A stretch of DNA of 41,774 nucleotides from a virus. Its lineage: Duplodnaviria; Caudoviricetes. A program made the position numbers and the translations under genes. The notes under the pieces were generated by a model. It was given only the letters and a program-made list of their open reading frames with translations, had not been told where the DNA came from and searched no databases. Positions 18,408 to 27,135 of this stretch are shown piece by piece. The stretch lies in the IMG/VR virus record IMGVR_UViG_3300037420_000864, positions 1-41,774 of that record, one strand, 5' to 3'. The stretch's first letter is position 1. The number at the start of each line of letters is the position of its first letter.

Positions 18408-20422
18408 AGGTTGAAGCCCTCATGGCCAAGGCCCACGCGGCGCGGCGCGGGTCGGGTCGGTTGTGTTCCACGGGAATCAGCGATGGGCGACACCACCGGG
18501 GTGGCCGGCGGTGTTCCACGGGAATCAGCTGCGGCCACCGGCGCCGCGGGTGGCGACGTGGTGAACAGGTCGGCCGCCGGCTCCAGCGCAGCTTCCAATG
18601 CCTGCCATTCGTGGTCGCGGATCAGGTCAATGCGCGCGAAGGGCGACAGCGCGGCGAAAAAGCCATACACCAGCGTGTCCAGCGGTTCGTTCCGCGCGTG
18701 CTTGGGCTTGACCCATTTACGTGCGGCCAGGTCGAAGTATTCGCACGTTAGGCCGGTGTAATAGGTTTCCGGCAGGCCCGCGGGGAATCGCACCATGCGG
18801 TCCTCGGGCTCGGCGGCGTGCGTGTCTGCGGCCAGGCGTCCGTACAGGATATGTTTGGCGACGTCGGTGCCCACACCCCACGTGCCGACGCTGCGGGCGA
18901 CGGTCTGCCCGCGTGCGTTCACTTCGGTTTTGGCCGGGCGGTACACCACGCGGTCGGACTTCGCCGAACGGCCACGCACTAGCATCACGCGCTGCTGCTG
19001 GTGCGTCGCGCCGGCACGCACCAGGCGCTGCTGCCGCGTGCGCACGAACTGCGCCACCTGTTCGGTCCAGTTGCCGCCGTCGATCGCGACGACGCGCGGC
19101 ACGATCAGCGCACCGCTGGCCTTCGCGTATGCCTGCTGCAGGAACGCGTCCAGGTCGGCGTAGCCTTCGGCCACGCTGGGGTCGCCGGGGATTTCTTCGT
19201 AATCGACGATCCACAGGCGCTGTTCGCGGCCCCACGCACACACGCATACCGCGAACCGGTCGTGCTGGCAGTCCACACCGATCGTCAGCACCAGCCCGCC
19301 ACGCGGCACGATGCGCCGCGGCGTTTCCTCCGCACGTCGCGCGACTTCGCCGGCGTCCTGCTGCTGGCGCTCGCCTTCGAACGGCAGGCCCAGAATGGTG
19401 TTCGTGAATGACACCTGCAGCGACGTGTCGCGCTGCGCCTTCGCGCGCATTTCCGCGACTTCGGCCCACGTGTAGCCCAAGCCCAGCGGCGCGTACATGG
19501 CGTTCAAGTGGAAGCCCGGCACGTCGCTGCCGGGGTTGCGCGCGATCCAGCGGGCGCCGTTGTCCTCGCTCAGCATCCACGGTTTGTGATGCTCGGCGAT
19601 CAGGCTGCCGCAGTGCACGCACAGGTACTGCCCGTCCTCTGTCAGCTGGTCGATCACCAGCGGCTGCAGCAGCGCGCAGTGCGGGCACGGCACGCAATAC
19701 TGCGACTGGTCGCTGGCTTCGTATTCGCGCGCGACGACGCTGGTGGCTTTCAGCTTCGGCGAACTGCACACCAGCACTTTGCGGCGCACGAACGTCGACG
19801 CGCGGCGCTCGGCCAGTTCCAGCGGGCTGCCTTGGTCGTCTAGGTCCTCGGGGTATTCGTCGACTTCGTCGGCGAGGATGCGGCGCGCCGGCATCGATCG
19901 CAGGTCGGCGGCGGAATTCGCGCCCGCGATCACCAGCAGGCCGCCGGGAAATTCCTTCATCAGGGTGGTGTTGCCACCGTCGCGCGACGTCGCCGGCGCG
20001 ATCAGTCCGCGCAGCGCGGGGCTGGCGCTGATCATCGGCGCCAGGCGCTGTTTGCTCCAGCGCTGTGCCAGCTTTTCCGTCGGCATCACCACCATGGTGG
20101 GACCCGGCGAATGGTGGATGACGTAGCCCGCAAAGTTGTTCAGCACCTCGGTGCCGCCCACCTGCGTGCACTTCATCAGCACGACTTTTTTGGCGGGGTG
20201 TTCGTCGCTCAGCGCGTCCATGATGGCGCGCAGGTACGGCGTGCGATCCGTCGACCACGGGCCCGGTTCGGCGGCGCCTTCCTTCGTCAGGTAGCGGTGC
20301 GTGTCGGCCCATGCGCTGACGGCCAGCGGTTCGGCCAGTTCCCAGCCACGCGTCCACGCGCCTTCGACGACGGCGTGCGCGTCGGCGATCGCGACCGACA
20401 GCGTGGACAGGTCGAAGGTCAC
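18404..20422 (-). CDS. Terminase large subunit, lambda gpA type (672 aa)
   Basis: RTPYLR, KCTQVGGTE Walker A, ILADEVD Walker B, CPHC/CVHC zinc finger, IGVDCQ nuclease, RNEPLDT; GTG at 20422. Confidence 0.95.
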   Translation of the reverse strand: MTFDLSTLSVAIADAHAVVEGAWTRGWELAEPLAVSAWADTHRYLTKEGAAEPGPWSTDRTPYLRAIMDALSDEHPAKKVVLMKCTQVGGTEVLNNFAGYVIHHSPGPTMVVMPTEKLAQRWSKQRLAPMISASPALRGLIAPATSRDGGNTTLMKEFPGGLLVIAGANSAADLRSMPARRILADEVDEYPEDLDDQGSPLELAERRASTFVRRKVLVCSSPKLKATSVVAREYEASDQSQYCVPCPHCALLQPLVIDQLTEDGQYLCVHCGSLIAEHHKPWMLSEDNGARWIARNPGSDVPGFHLNAMYAPLGLGYTWAEVAEMRAKAQRDTSLQVSFTNTILGLPFEGERQQQDAGEVARRAEETPRRIVPRGGLVLTIGVDCQHDRFAVCVCAWGREQRLWIVDYEEIPGDPSVAEGYADLDAFLQQAYAKASGALIVPRVVAIDGGNWTEQVAQFVRTRQQRLVRAGATHQQQRVMLVRGRSAKSDRVVYRPAKTEVNARGQTVARSVGTWGVGTDVAKHILYGRLAADTHAAEPEDRMVRFPAGLPETYYTGLTCEYFDLAARKWVKPKHARNEPLDTLVYGFFAALSPFARIDLIRDHEWQALEAALEPAADLFTTSPPAAPVAAADSRGTPPATPVVSPIADSRGTQPTRPAPRRVGLGHEGFNL
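18463..18529. repeat. Two exact 19-bp direct repeats GTGTTCCACGGGAATCAGC (parS-like)
   Basis: 18463-18481 and 18511-18529, 48 bp apart, in the terL C-terminal tail. Confidence 0.9.
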
Positions 20423-20997
20423 GCGGCCGCCGCTTGCGCTTGCGCTGCGACGCCCGGCGCAGCCATCGCTGCGCACACCTTGCGGCACTCGGCCAGCAGC
20501 TTGGCGTGCACCACGGTCGGGTCGGACTCGGCGGCCAGAACGGTGGCCAGGCGATCAGGCAGCGCCAGCACCGCTTCGCGACCGGCACGCGCCAGCCCGA
20601 ACATGATGGCGTCGACCTTCGCGGCCAGCACCAGTTCGCCGGCGCGCTCGGCCAGTTCCAGTTCGGCCAGCTGGGCGCGGGCGCGTTTCTCGCGCGCCGC
20701 TTCGTCGGTGTAGATCAGGCCGACCACCGGGGCCGCCTGTGGCACCTGCCCGCCGGCAGGCTGGCTGGCGCCCTGTGGCGCGCTGGCGGGCTTGTCGGTG
20801 CGATCGCCGCCCCGGGCGGGGTCGCGGGTCGCCTCCAGTCGTGCGATCGACTCAGCGACGCGCACGCGCTTGCCGTCGGGAGACAGGACCAGCCGGCCCT
20901 GCGCCTTCCACTTCGTGACCATGGGCGCGCTTACACCGCGCAGGGCCGCGAACTCGGCCTGTGTCATTTCGTCGGCGGTGGCGTTTACCTGCTGCAC
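20419..20997 (-). CDS. Terminase small subunit, Nu1-like (192 aa)
   Basis: N-terminal winged HTH (TQAEFAALRGVSAPMVTKW); AELELAERAGELV and LALPDRLA motifs; GAGG RBS. Confidence 0.88.
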   Translation of the reverse strand: MQQVNATADEMTQAEFAALRGVSAPMVTKWKAQGRLVLSPDGKRVRVAESIARLEATRDPARGGDRTDKPASAPQGASQPAGGQVPQAAPVVGLIYTDEAAREKRARAQLAELELAERAGELVLAAKVDAIMFGLARAGREAVLALPDRLATVLAAESDPTVVHAKLLAECRKVCAAMAAPGVAAQAQAAAA

Positions 20998-20998
20998 G

Positions 20999-21108
20999 TT
21001 AACCCCTCAATTAACCCGCAAGCCACTGATTAACCAAACAATTTCGCCGGACACTTGCGCAAAATCGCGCGCCCAATGGCCCGCGGTTAACCGGCGCCAG
21101 GAGGACCC
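20999..21108 (-). promoter_or_regulatory. Putative cos packaging region (cosQ-like heptamer, repeats, IHF site)
   Basis: GGGTCCT on the minus strand at 21102-21108; four TTAACC hexamers; IHF consensus AATCAGTGGCTTG at 21019-21031; directly upstream of terS. Confidence 0.7.
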
Positions 21109-21163
21109 GCAGCCACCCCCCGCCCCCTGCCGTGCCTGACCCCGACCGCCTGCCGACCCACCT

Positions 21164-21373
21164 GCCCAACCCATGCCGACCGGGTTGGACGCGCCGCAAC
21201 CCGCGCCACTGCTCGCCCCGTCCAACCTGTCCAACCTGTCCAACCACACAGGCACAGGTGATGAAGCGCCGACCTGCTGGCTGCTGCTGATCACGTGCGC
21301 ATACCGCGGAAGGTTGGACGGTTGGACGCACCCGCGCCCCGCTTGGCGCGCAAGGTTGGGCAGCAGGTTGGGC
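21164..21373. repeat. Iteron cluster G(T/C)CCAACC in both orientations, putative replication origin
   Basis: Forward copies at 21164, 21220, 21229, 21238; inverted copies at 21183, 21312, 21320, 21354, 21366; lies just after the helicase gene. Confidence 0.7.
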
Positions 21374-21400
21374 ACAGGCTGGGCAGGCCAGCCGCGACGA

Positions 21401-22747
21401 TCAGGCTGGCGCACTGCTGGTGCCTCCAGTCGGGTCGGTGGCCTCGGGCGCGTCGGGTCGGTAGTACGTCCACAGGCGTGCGCCGTAGCGCTGCGGCCGA
21501 TACTTCGGCCACTCCATGCGCTGGAAGATGGCGCCAACGCGCATCTGGTCCTGCTTCGTGTGCCGGGCCGTGTCGATCTTTAGCGCACGCCACAGCACGT
21601 CGCTGCTAGTGCACTCCAGCACTTCGCCCGTGGTGGGGTGGCAGTGCACGTTTTCGTATGCGGGTTTCCCGTACTTGCCAGCCAGCCATTCGCTGATCGG
21701 CTGCAGCCATGCGTCCTCTTGGTACCGATCGTCCTGCTGCTTTGCCGCTTCCTTCGGCAGTTCCCACCAGTTCGCGCCTTGCGCCAGGGCGTGCACCGCT
21801 TCGGCCCATAGCTGATCGCGCACGGCAGCGATGGCGTCCACGTCGACGCGCTGCACGTGCACGGGCAGGAAGCGGCGGCCACCGGTGTGGTCGCGCTGCC
21901 ATGCGTCCTCATTCGTGGTGCCGACGAACACACACTGGCGCGGGAAGGTGTCGGAATACCGCGCGTATGAAGGCCGGTACGTGTCCGACGTGGCGCTCAG
22001 GGTTTGTTTGACCTTGTTGGCCTCGGCCTTCGTAAACGACGTCATTTCGCCGATTTCGACGCCCCACTTGCCAACGATGTCCTGATAAAAGTCCTTTTCT
22101 GCAGGGCTGCGCTGCGCGTCCATATACCAGCGGTCACCGCCGAACAGCACCTGCGTCACGCGCGTTTTGCCAAGGCCCTGCCGGCCCTCCAGCACCAGCA
22201 TGGTGTCGACCTTGCAACCCGGGCGCAGGATGCGCGCCGCGGCCGACAGCAGCAGGATTTCCGCGACGCGCTGGTGGTATTCGGTGTCCTCGACGCCGCA
22301 GTGATCAATGAACAGCCGGCGCATGCGCGGCGTGCCGTCCCACTCCAAGCCATGCAGGTAATCGCGCACCGGGTGGAATCGATGACGCCGGGCGATCGTT
22401 TCGACCGCCTCCAGCACCAGCGACGACTTCACCACCATGCGATACCCGAACGGGTTGCCCAGCCATCCGGCCAGTTCGCTGGCGTCGCGTTCGCGGAACT
22501 CGCCACCATGCGAGCCCAGCCACGGCGGCGTGCGATGCAGCGCGACACGGTTGGCGAACTCATCAAGGCCGAACAGCCCGGCCAGCGCTTCGTCGTTTTC
22601 GATGATCGCGAACAGGTTGGACAGCGTGGCCTGCACGTTGCCTTCCTTCGAACGCGTCAGGTCCGCGCGCCAGTCGTCGGGCGGCGATGGTGGCCGCGGC
22701 CCACTCGGCGGTCGCCCGCCGTCGAACGCGACAACGGTGGCACTCAT
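21401..22747 (-). CDS. VapE-domain P-loop ATPase/helicase (448 aa)
   Basis: FHPVRDYL..LEWDG, LEGRQGLGKT Walker A, YRPSY, RQCVFVGTTN, DHTGGRRFLP, RDQLWAEA; ATG at 22747. Confidence 0.92.
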   Translation of the reverse strand: MSATVVAFDGGRPPSGPRPPSPPDDWRADLTRSKEGNVQATLSNLFAIIENDEALAGLFGLDEFANRVALHRTPPWLGSHGGEFRERDASELAGWLGNPFGYRMVVKSSLVLEAVETIARRHRFHPVRDYLHGLEWDGTPRMRRLFIDHCGVEDTEYHQRVAEILLLSAAARILRPGCKVDTMLVLEGRQGLGKTRVTQVLFGGDRWYMDAQRSPAEKDFYQDIVGKWGVEIGEMTSFTKAEANKVKQTLSATSDTYRPSYARYSDTFPRQCVFVGTTNEDAWQRDHTGGRRFLPVHVQRVDVDAIAAVRDQLWAEAVHALAQGANWWELPKEAAKQQDDRYQEDAWLQPISEWLAGKYGKPAYENVHCHPTTGEVLECTSSDVLWRALKIDTARHTKQDQMRVGAIFQRMEWPKYRPQRYGARLWTYYRPDAPEATDPTGGTSSAPA

Positions 22748-23925
22748 TTCGCAGGGCGCTCCAGGTCGGTGTCCACGACGACGTCGGCCAGGCGGTTCGC
22801 GGCCCATGCCAGCAGCTGCGCCGGCGTCCATTCGTCGTCGATCGCGTCGGCGATGTCCCAACCCTTGGGCATGCCGGTGGTGTCGATCAGGCGCAGGCTG
22901 TTCGCGCCTGCGCGGTGTGCGTGTTGCGCGACGCCGCGATGCAGCAGGCCGCTGGCGTCGATCCAGCCCAGCATCGCGTCGCGTCCCGCGGCGTCGGCAT
23001 CGGGCCACAGCACGACGTCGCGGCCGCTCAGCGGCGACCAGTCCACGTGCCCGATCCCTTTGCTGCCGCCGGGCCAGCTAACCACCGCGTACTGCGGCAA
23101 CGCGCCAGCGCCAGCCGCGCGGCACTTTTCGCCTTCGACGACCAGCACGGTGCGGTCGCGCGTTTCCACGATGCGTTCGCCCGGCGCCAGTTCGACGATC
23201 GTGCCCGGCGTCACCAGTTGCCAGCGCTGGCGGCCGTCGGCCTTTTCGATCACCGCCAGGCGGCGCGGATCGGCCAACGCGTCCAGCCCCTGCATCGGGC
23301 GCGGATCGGGGAACGGACACAGGCACCACTGCTGCGCGCCGTCCGGCCCCACACACCACGTCACCACCGGGGTGATTTTCTTGTCGGGGAACTCTACGCG
23401 CAGCACGTAGCCCAGCAGCCGGCCGTCGAACCCGCGGTATTCATCCACGCGCGTGGGGCGGAATTGCACCATGCGCCCAGCCGGATGCTTCGGTGGCTTG
23501 GGCTTCGGGTTCCATATCGGCACCGTGCGGCCGTCGGCGCGCATCAGGTCGGGCACGTCGTCGGGCACCGGCATCAGTGGGCGCCACTTCGCGCCGACCT
23601 TCGGCAGTTCGCGCTGCACGCGCGTGTCGATCGCTGGCGCGAACTCGCGATGGCCCAGCTGTTCGCAGGCTTCGCGGAAGTCGCAGCCCGTCATCGCCAT
23701 GACGAACCCAATAGCGTTGTGATGCGCGCCGCATCCGAAGCAATGCGCGAAGCCCTTGCCGGGCACCACGGTAAAACTGGGCGTGCGCTCGCTGTGGAAC
23801 GGGCACCGGCCCTGCCATTCATTGCCCGACCGTTTCAGGTCGACGTACCGGCCCACCAGCGCGACCAGGTCGACGCTGGCCAGCAGCGCGGTGGTGTCGA
23901 TCCGTTGCGGGCGGGCGTCAGTCAC
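22744..23925 (-). CDS. DNA primase with CHC2 zinc finger and TOPRIM domain (393 aa)
   Basis: CPFHSERTPSF...HCFGCG; VLVVEGEK and WPDAD..G TOPRIM motifs. Confidence 0.88.
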   Translation of the reverse strand: MTDARPQRIDTTALLASVDLVALVGRYVDLKRSGNEWQGRCPFHSERTPSFTVVPGKGFAHCFGCGAHHNAIGFVMAMTGCDFREACEQLGHREFAPAIDTRVQRELPKVGAKWRPLMPVPDDVPDLMRADGRTVPIWNPKPKPPKHPAGRMVQFRPTRVDEYRGFDGRLLGYVLRVEFPDKKITPVVTWCVGPDGAQQWCLCPFPDPRPMQGLDALADPRRLAVIEKADGRQRWQLVTPGTIVELAPGERIVETRDRTVLVVEGEKCRAAGAGALPQYAVVSWPGGSKGIGHVDWSPLSGRDVVLWPDADAAGRDAMLGWIDASGLLHRGVAQHAHRAGANSLRLIDTTGMPKGWDIADAIDDEWTPAQLLAWAANRLADVVVDTDLERPAK

Positions 23926-24128
23926 GCGCGCACCAGCTGCAGGTCAGGCTGCTGCACCGCTTCGTCGCGGTGCACGCGTGCAAGCGCTGCGCGTGCCTGC
24001 TCGGCATCCTGCGGCGCGATCGGCGCCTGCAGGTCCTGCAGGATGCGCTGCACGTGCACGGCGTCGCGCGCACGCGGCGCAACGCAGCCACGCGTGAACC
24101 CGCTGGGCAAGCGCTTGCGCGCGGCCAT
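23922..24128 (-). CDS. Hypothetical protein (~68 aa)
   Basis: Tiles between TraR-like and primase genes with GTGA overlap. Confidence 0.55.
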   Translation of the reverse strand: MAARKRLPSGFTRGCVAPRARDAVHVQRILQDLQAPIAPQDAEQARAALARVHRDEAVQQPDLQLVRA

Positions 24129-24130
24129 CG

Positions 24131-24358
24131 TTAGCGCCTCGCCCACTGCGCGAAATGCGCCTGCTGCGCTTCACGTTCGTGCTGGCAATCCATGCACAAG
24201 CGGGCGCCCAGTCGCGTGCGCGCGGCGTCGATCGGTTCGCGACAGTCGGCGCGTTCGCAGTGCGTCAGGCCCTGCGCGTTCTGCTGCACACGGTTGGCCA
24301 CGATGGCGTCGCGCTCGCGCTGCTCCAGTTCCTGCACCGCGTCGTGAAGGTCCGGCAT
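24131..24358 (-). CDS. TraR/DksA C4-type zinc finger protein (75 aa)
   Basis: N-terminal DxxD, CxxxxC-EPIDAAR...CMDCQ. Confidence 0.85.
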   Translation of the reverse strand: MPDLHDAVQELEQRERDAIVANRVQQNAQGLTHCERADCREPIDAARTRLGARLCMDCQHEREAQQAHFAQWARR

Positions 24359-24942
24359 CACTTCCCCCCGTTGGGCTGCAGCAGTTCGCTGACCTGCTGC
24401 CGCAGACACGCCACGGCCCCCAGCAGGTCGTCGGATTCGTTCAGGATTCGACGCGCGTGCGGAATGTCCGCAGCGTCCAGTCGGTTGTCGGCCAGCGCCG
24501 GCGCGGCCGCTTCGACCAGCTGGCCGAACTCGCGCGCCAATACCGCAAGCCCGACCGGGCCACCGAAGTCGGCGGCGTCAGGACAGCGCACCGTCAGCAG
24601 GCCACGGCGGCGCGCTAGGTCGCGTTCGCAGTCGCCGCGGTAGGGCTCCGGCAGCGCCATCACCCATGCGTCCTCTAGGTCCGCGGGCAGCACCTTCACC
24701 ACGCCCGACATAAAGCGGGCCAGCACCTGCGCGTTGTGTTTCTCGGCCGCGAACAGCTGATCCGTGGTCACGCCCCAGCGGAACGGCACGGTGCGGTCGT
24801 CGACCGCCACCAGCGCGATGTATTGCTCTGCGACCGCCATGGCGAACTTGCGCTGGCAGTAGGCCGTCGCCGCCAGCATCCGGCGGGTGTGGCCGTAAAT
24901 GACCTGTGACCGCGGTGGCAGAAAATGAGTCCCGGGCTTCAT
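24358..24942 (-). CDS. CII-like phage regulatory protein (194 aa)
   Basis: Downstream of cro; LPADLEDAWVMALPEPY and ALADNRLD motifs typical of this position. Confidence 0.55.
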   Translation of the reverse strand: MKPGTHFLPPRSQVIYGHTRRMLAATAYCQRKFAMAVAEQYIALVAVDDRTVPFRWGVTTDQLFAAEKHNAQVLARFMSGVVKVLPADLEDAWVMALPEPYRGDCERDLARRRGLLTVRCPDAADFGGPVGLAVLAREFGQLVEAAAPALADNRLDAADIPHARRILNESDDLLGAVACLRQQVSELLQPNGGK

Positions 24943-25172
24943 GCAATCACCCGGGCGACCAGTTCAGCATCCGCCCCATGGCCTTCACGCCCGCCACCGC
25001 CAGCCCCGCCGTCCGCTTCACCGCGCTGCGCACGTTCGACCTGCAGCGCGGGCCCGGGGACGCTGTCGCGGTATTTTTTGCGGTGACTCAGCGGGCAGAC
25101 ACGCGCGGCGGCACTCGCCGTGAACACGACCACCACGACCACCACCAGCAGGGAAGCCAGCGTGCGTGACAT
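24939..25172 (-). CDS. Possible small membrane/exported protein (77 aa)
   Basis: Tiles exactly between cro and CII-like gene; hydrophobic N-terminus LLVVVVVVVFTASAAA. Confidence 0.35.
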   Translation of the reverse strand: MSRTLASLLVVVVVVVFTASAAARVCPLSHRKKYRDSVPGPALQVERAQRGEADGGAGGGGREGHGADAELVARVIA

Positions 25173-25173
25173 T

Positions 25174-25485
25174 TCAGGCAGCCTTATCGACAGGGGGCCC
25201 GACGACGTCGGGCTGGGACTCGGCGCGCGGCGCCGGGGCGGCACCGAACACGTCGGCGCGCAGCTGGTAGCGGGTCACCTGTCCGTCCACGGCCGCTTCG
25301 ATCAGCAGGCACCAGTCGGCCGGCACGCGGCCGCGCCGGCGCCAGTTCACGACGTGCTGCGACCGCACCGGCACGGAATCGACCGGGCGCAGTTCGTTGA
25401 CCTTGGCGGCCAAGCCGGCCGGGCCACCGGCCAGGGCGATCGCCAGGTGAAGCGGCGACGTGACGGGGCTGTGAACGGGTTGCAT
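25174..25485 (-). CDS. cro: Cro-like repressor (YdaS type, 103 aa)
   Basis: AI..AGG...LA...V.NW...G.VP...IE....G.VTRYQLR.DVFG; divergent from CI. Confidence 0.88.
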   Translation of the reverse strand: MQPVHSPVTSPLHLAIALAGGPAGLAAKVNELRPVDSVPVRSQHVVNWRRRGRVPADWCLLIEAAVDGQVTRYQLRADVFGAAPAPRAESQPDVVGPPVDKAA

Positions 25486-25579
25486 ACGGCCCGCACTGTA
25501 AACGGGCGGTTTACATGATGCAAGCCCACACCGGAACCGTCTGTTTACAGGCGACGACGCGCGCCCGCCCCGCTAGATT
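25470..25579. promoter_or_regulatory. OR switch: PR, PRM and TGTAAAC-N5-GTTTACA operators
   Basis: Perfect operator 25497-25515, degenerate copies 25470-25488 and 25531-25549; PR (minus) TTGCAT-17-TACAGT at 25523-25495; PRM -10 TAGATT at 25574-25579. Confidence 0.75.
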
Positions 25580-25586
25580 CGCGCCC

Positions 25587-26276
25587 ATGCAACCCACCAC
25601 ACCCGGCGGCCGGCTCCGCGTCGCGATCGAAGAAAGCGGCAAAAGCCAGCGTCGGATCGCGCTGGCCATCGGCGTGTCGCCGCAATCGATCACGAACGCC
25701 ATTCGCCGCGACCTTGTGAGCCCCGCGCTCGCGCAGGCCGTCGCCAGTGCCACAGGTCACAGGTGGGAATGGATCTATTCCGGTCAGGACCCTAAGCGCC
25801 CCAGCGGTGACGTTCACGCCGTCCACACGGTGTCTCAGGCAGGGCGACGCGTTCCCCTATTCTCTCTTGGCTCGATCAGTACGTGGCCGCGAAGGGAAGG
25901 GGAAAACAGCATGTTTTTGTACGTGGACGCCGAACTGGCGCACACGCTTGGGGATCAGGCGTTCTGCCTGTCCGTCGACGATGATTCTATGCGCGACAGC
26001 AGCGCCGACAGCATCGCGCCAGGTGACAAGGTTGTAATCGATCCGGCGGTGAAGCCGCACCCGGGCGACCTTGTGGTGGCGATCGTGCCCGGCCAGCCGC
26101 ACGCCCTGTTTCGCCGGTACCGCGAACGCGGCCAGAACGCGACGGGCGCGCTGCAGGTCGAACTGGTGCCGCTGAACCCCAATTACGCCACGATAAGCGC
26201 CACGCTGGGCGCGGGTGGTGCCACCCTGTGCGGCGTCATGGTCGAACACCGCCGCCAGCGCCGGGCCAAGGTCTAG
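25587..26276 (+). CDS. cI: CI-like repressor, HTH plus S24 peptidase-like domain (229 aa)
   Basis: SQRRIALAIGVSPQSITN HTH; V.DDSM, GD.VVIDP...P.PGD.VVA, LVPLNPNY, GVMVEHRR. Confidence 0.92.
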   Translation: MQPTTPGGRLRVAIEESGKSQRRIALAIGVSPQSITNAIRRDLVSPALAQAVASATGHRWEWIYSGQDPKRPSGDVHAVHTVSQAGRRVPLFSLGSISTWPRREGENSMFLYVDAELAHTLGDQAFCLSVDDDSMRDSSADSIAPGDKVVIDPAVKPHPGDLVVAIVPGQPHALFRRYRERGQNATGALQVELVPLNPNYATISATLGAGGATLCGVMVEHRRQRRAKV

Positions 26277-26440
26277 CGCACCTTCACGCTGTTTTCGCAC
26301 CGAATGTGTGATGGCCGGGCGCATTCATGCGGCCCGGCACACAGCGTTCCATTTCTGGAAATATCCCCACCTGAGCGGTTCACCGTGAACAGGCGCCAAC
26401 GGGCCCGTGTCACGGTTTAGCGCAAGTCACCCGGCCACTG

Positions 26441-26482
26441 CGTACACACCGCGTTGACATTCCCATAAACCGCGTGTTTACA
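26441..26482 (+). promoter_or_regulatory. OL/PL: two operator copies overlapping a TTGACA -35
   Basis: CGTACAC-N5-GTTGACA (26441-26459) and CATAAAC-N5-GTTTACA (26464-26482); -10 not clearly resolved. Confidence 0.7.
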
Positions 26483-26584
26483 TCGCCGCCGCCCGACACC
26501 GTCGGGCAGGGCTGAGCCCGACCACGGGACCAGCGCCAGGCGATCGCCAGGCCCAGCCCTTCCGCTTTCCGAAGGGGGTGCCTT

Positions 26585-26908
26585 GTGATCCTGCACACGA
26601 TCCAGCCCAGCACGCCGCTGCGTTCCTGCAGCTGCGGCACCACGCCCGACCTGATCGAAGCCCGCGGCCGCACGCTGGTCGACCCGCGCCTGCTGTGCAT
26701 GCCCGCGACCGCGTGGCACGTGGAATGCCGCGTGTGCGGTGTTGCCACCCCGCCGTCCTACAGCCGCACCACCGCGGAATTCCTGTGGCACAACGCGCAC
26801 CGCCCGCAGGACTTCGTGCGGCTGGAATTCATGCGCGCAGCGCGCATTGACGCCGAACGCCGCCTGCTGCTGCAGGCCGCCCAACGCGAAGCCGGGGTGG
26901 CCGCATGA
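26585..26908 (+). CDS. Lar-like zinc-binding early protein (107 aa)
   Basis: CSCG...WHVECRVCG spacing as in Lar restriction-alleviation family; first gene after PL. Confidence 0.55.
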   Translation: MILHTIQPSTPLRSCSCGTTPDLIEARGRTLVDPRLLCMPATAWHVECRVCGVATPPSYSRTTAEFLWHNAHRPQDFVRLEFMRAARIDAERRLLLQAAQREAGVAA

Positions 26909-27120
26909 CGCCCGCCCGCCCCGATGCCGCCGACGTGACCGTGGCCGTGCGCCGCTACGCCCACAGCATCGGCTGCGACGCCAGCAACACGCAGGCCGCG
27001 ATCGCGTGGGCGCTGCGCTCAGGGGGGCACACGCTGCAGGCGGTGCGCTCAGGACGCCATCGCGCCGACCAGCTGCGCGATCGCCAGCGCGACGCACACG
27101 CCGCCGCCCAGCCTGCCTAA
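26905..27120 (+). CDS. Hypothetical protein (71 aa)
   Basis: ATGA overlap; part of tiled early operon. Confidence 0.6.
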   Translation: MTPARPDAADVTVAVRRYAHSIGCDASNTQAAIAWALRSGGHTLQAVRSGRHRADQLRDRQRDAHAAAQPA

Positions 27121-27135
27121 CGGAGCCCACACGCC

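Noticed and set aside
18717-20588. 623-aa alternate-frame ORF inside terL
   Set aside because: Arg/Pro/Ala-rich off-frame product with no RBS or motif, unlike the nested methyltransferase ORF
21164-21373. Possible CRISPR or mini-array
   Set aside because: Units are 8-9 bp, in both orientations, with no regular unique spacers; iterons fit better
26314-26338. GCCGGGC...GCCCGGC hairpin after cI as a terminator
   Set aside because: No adjacent U-tract; too weak to call
25486-26584. LexA/SOS box controlling an antirepressor
   Set aside because: No CTGT-N8-ACAG or TTAG-N6-TACTA match seen by eye here or at the cassette promoters; a formal motif scan is still needed
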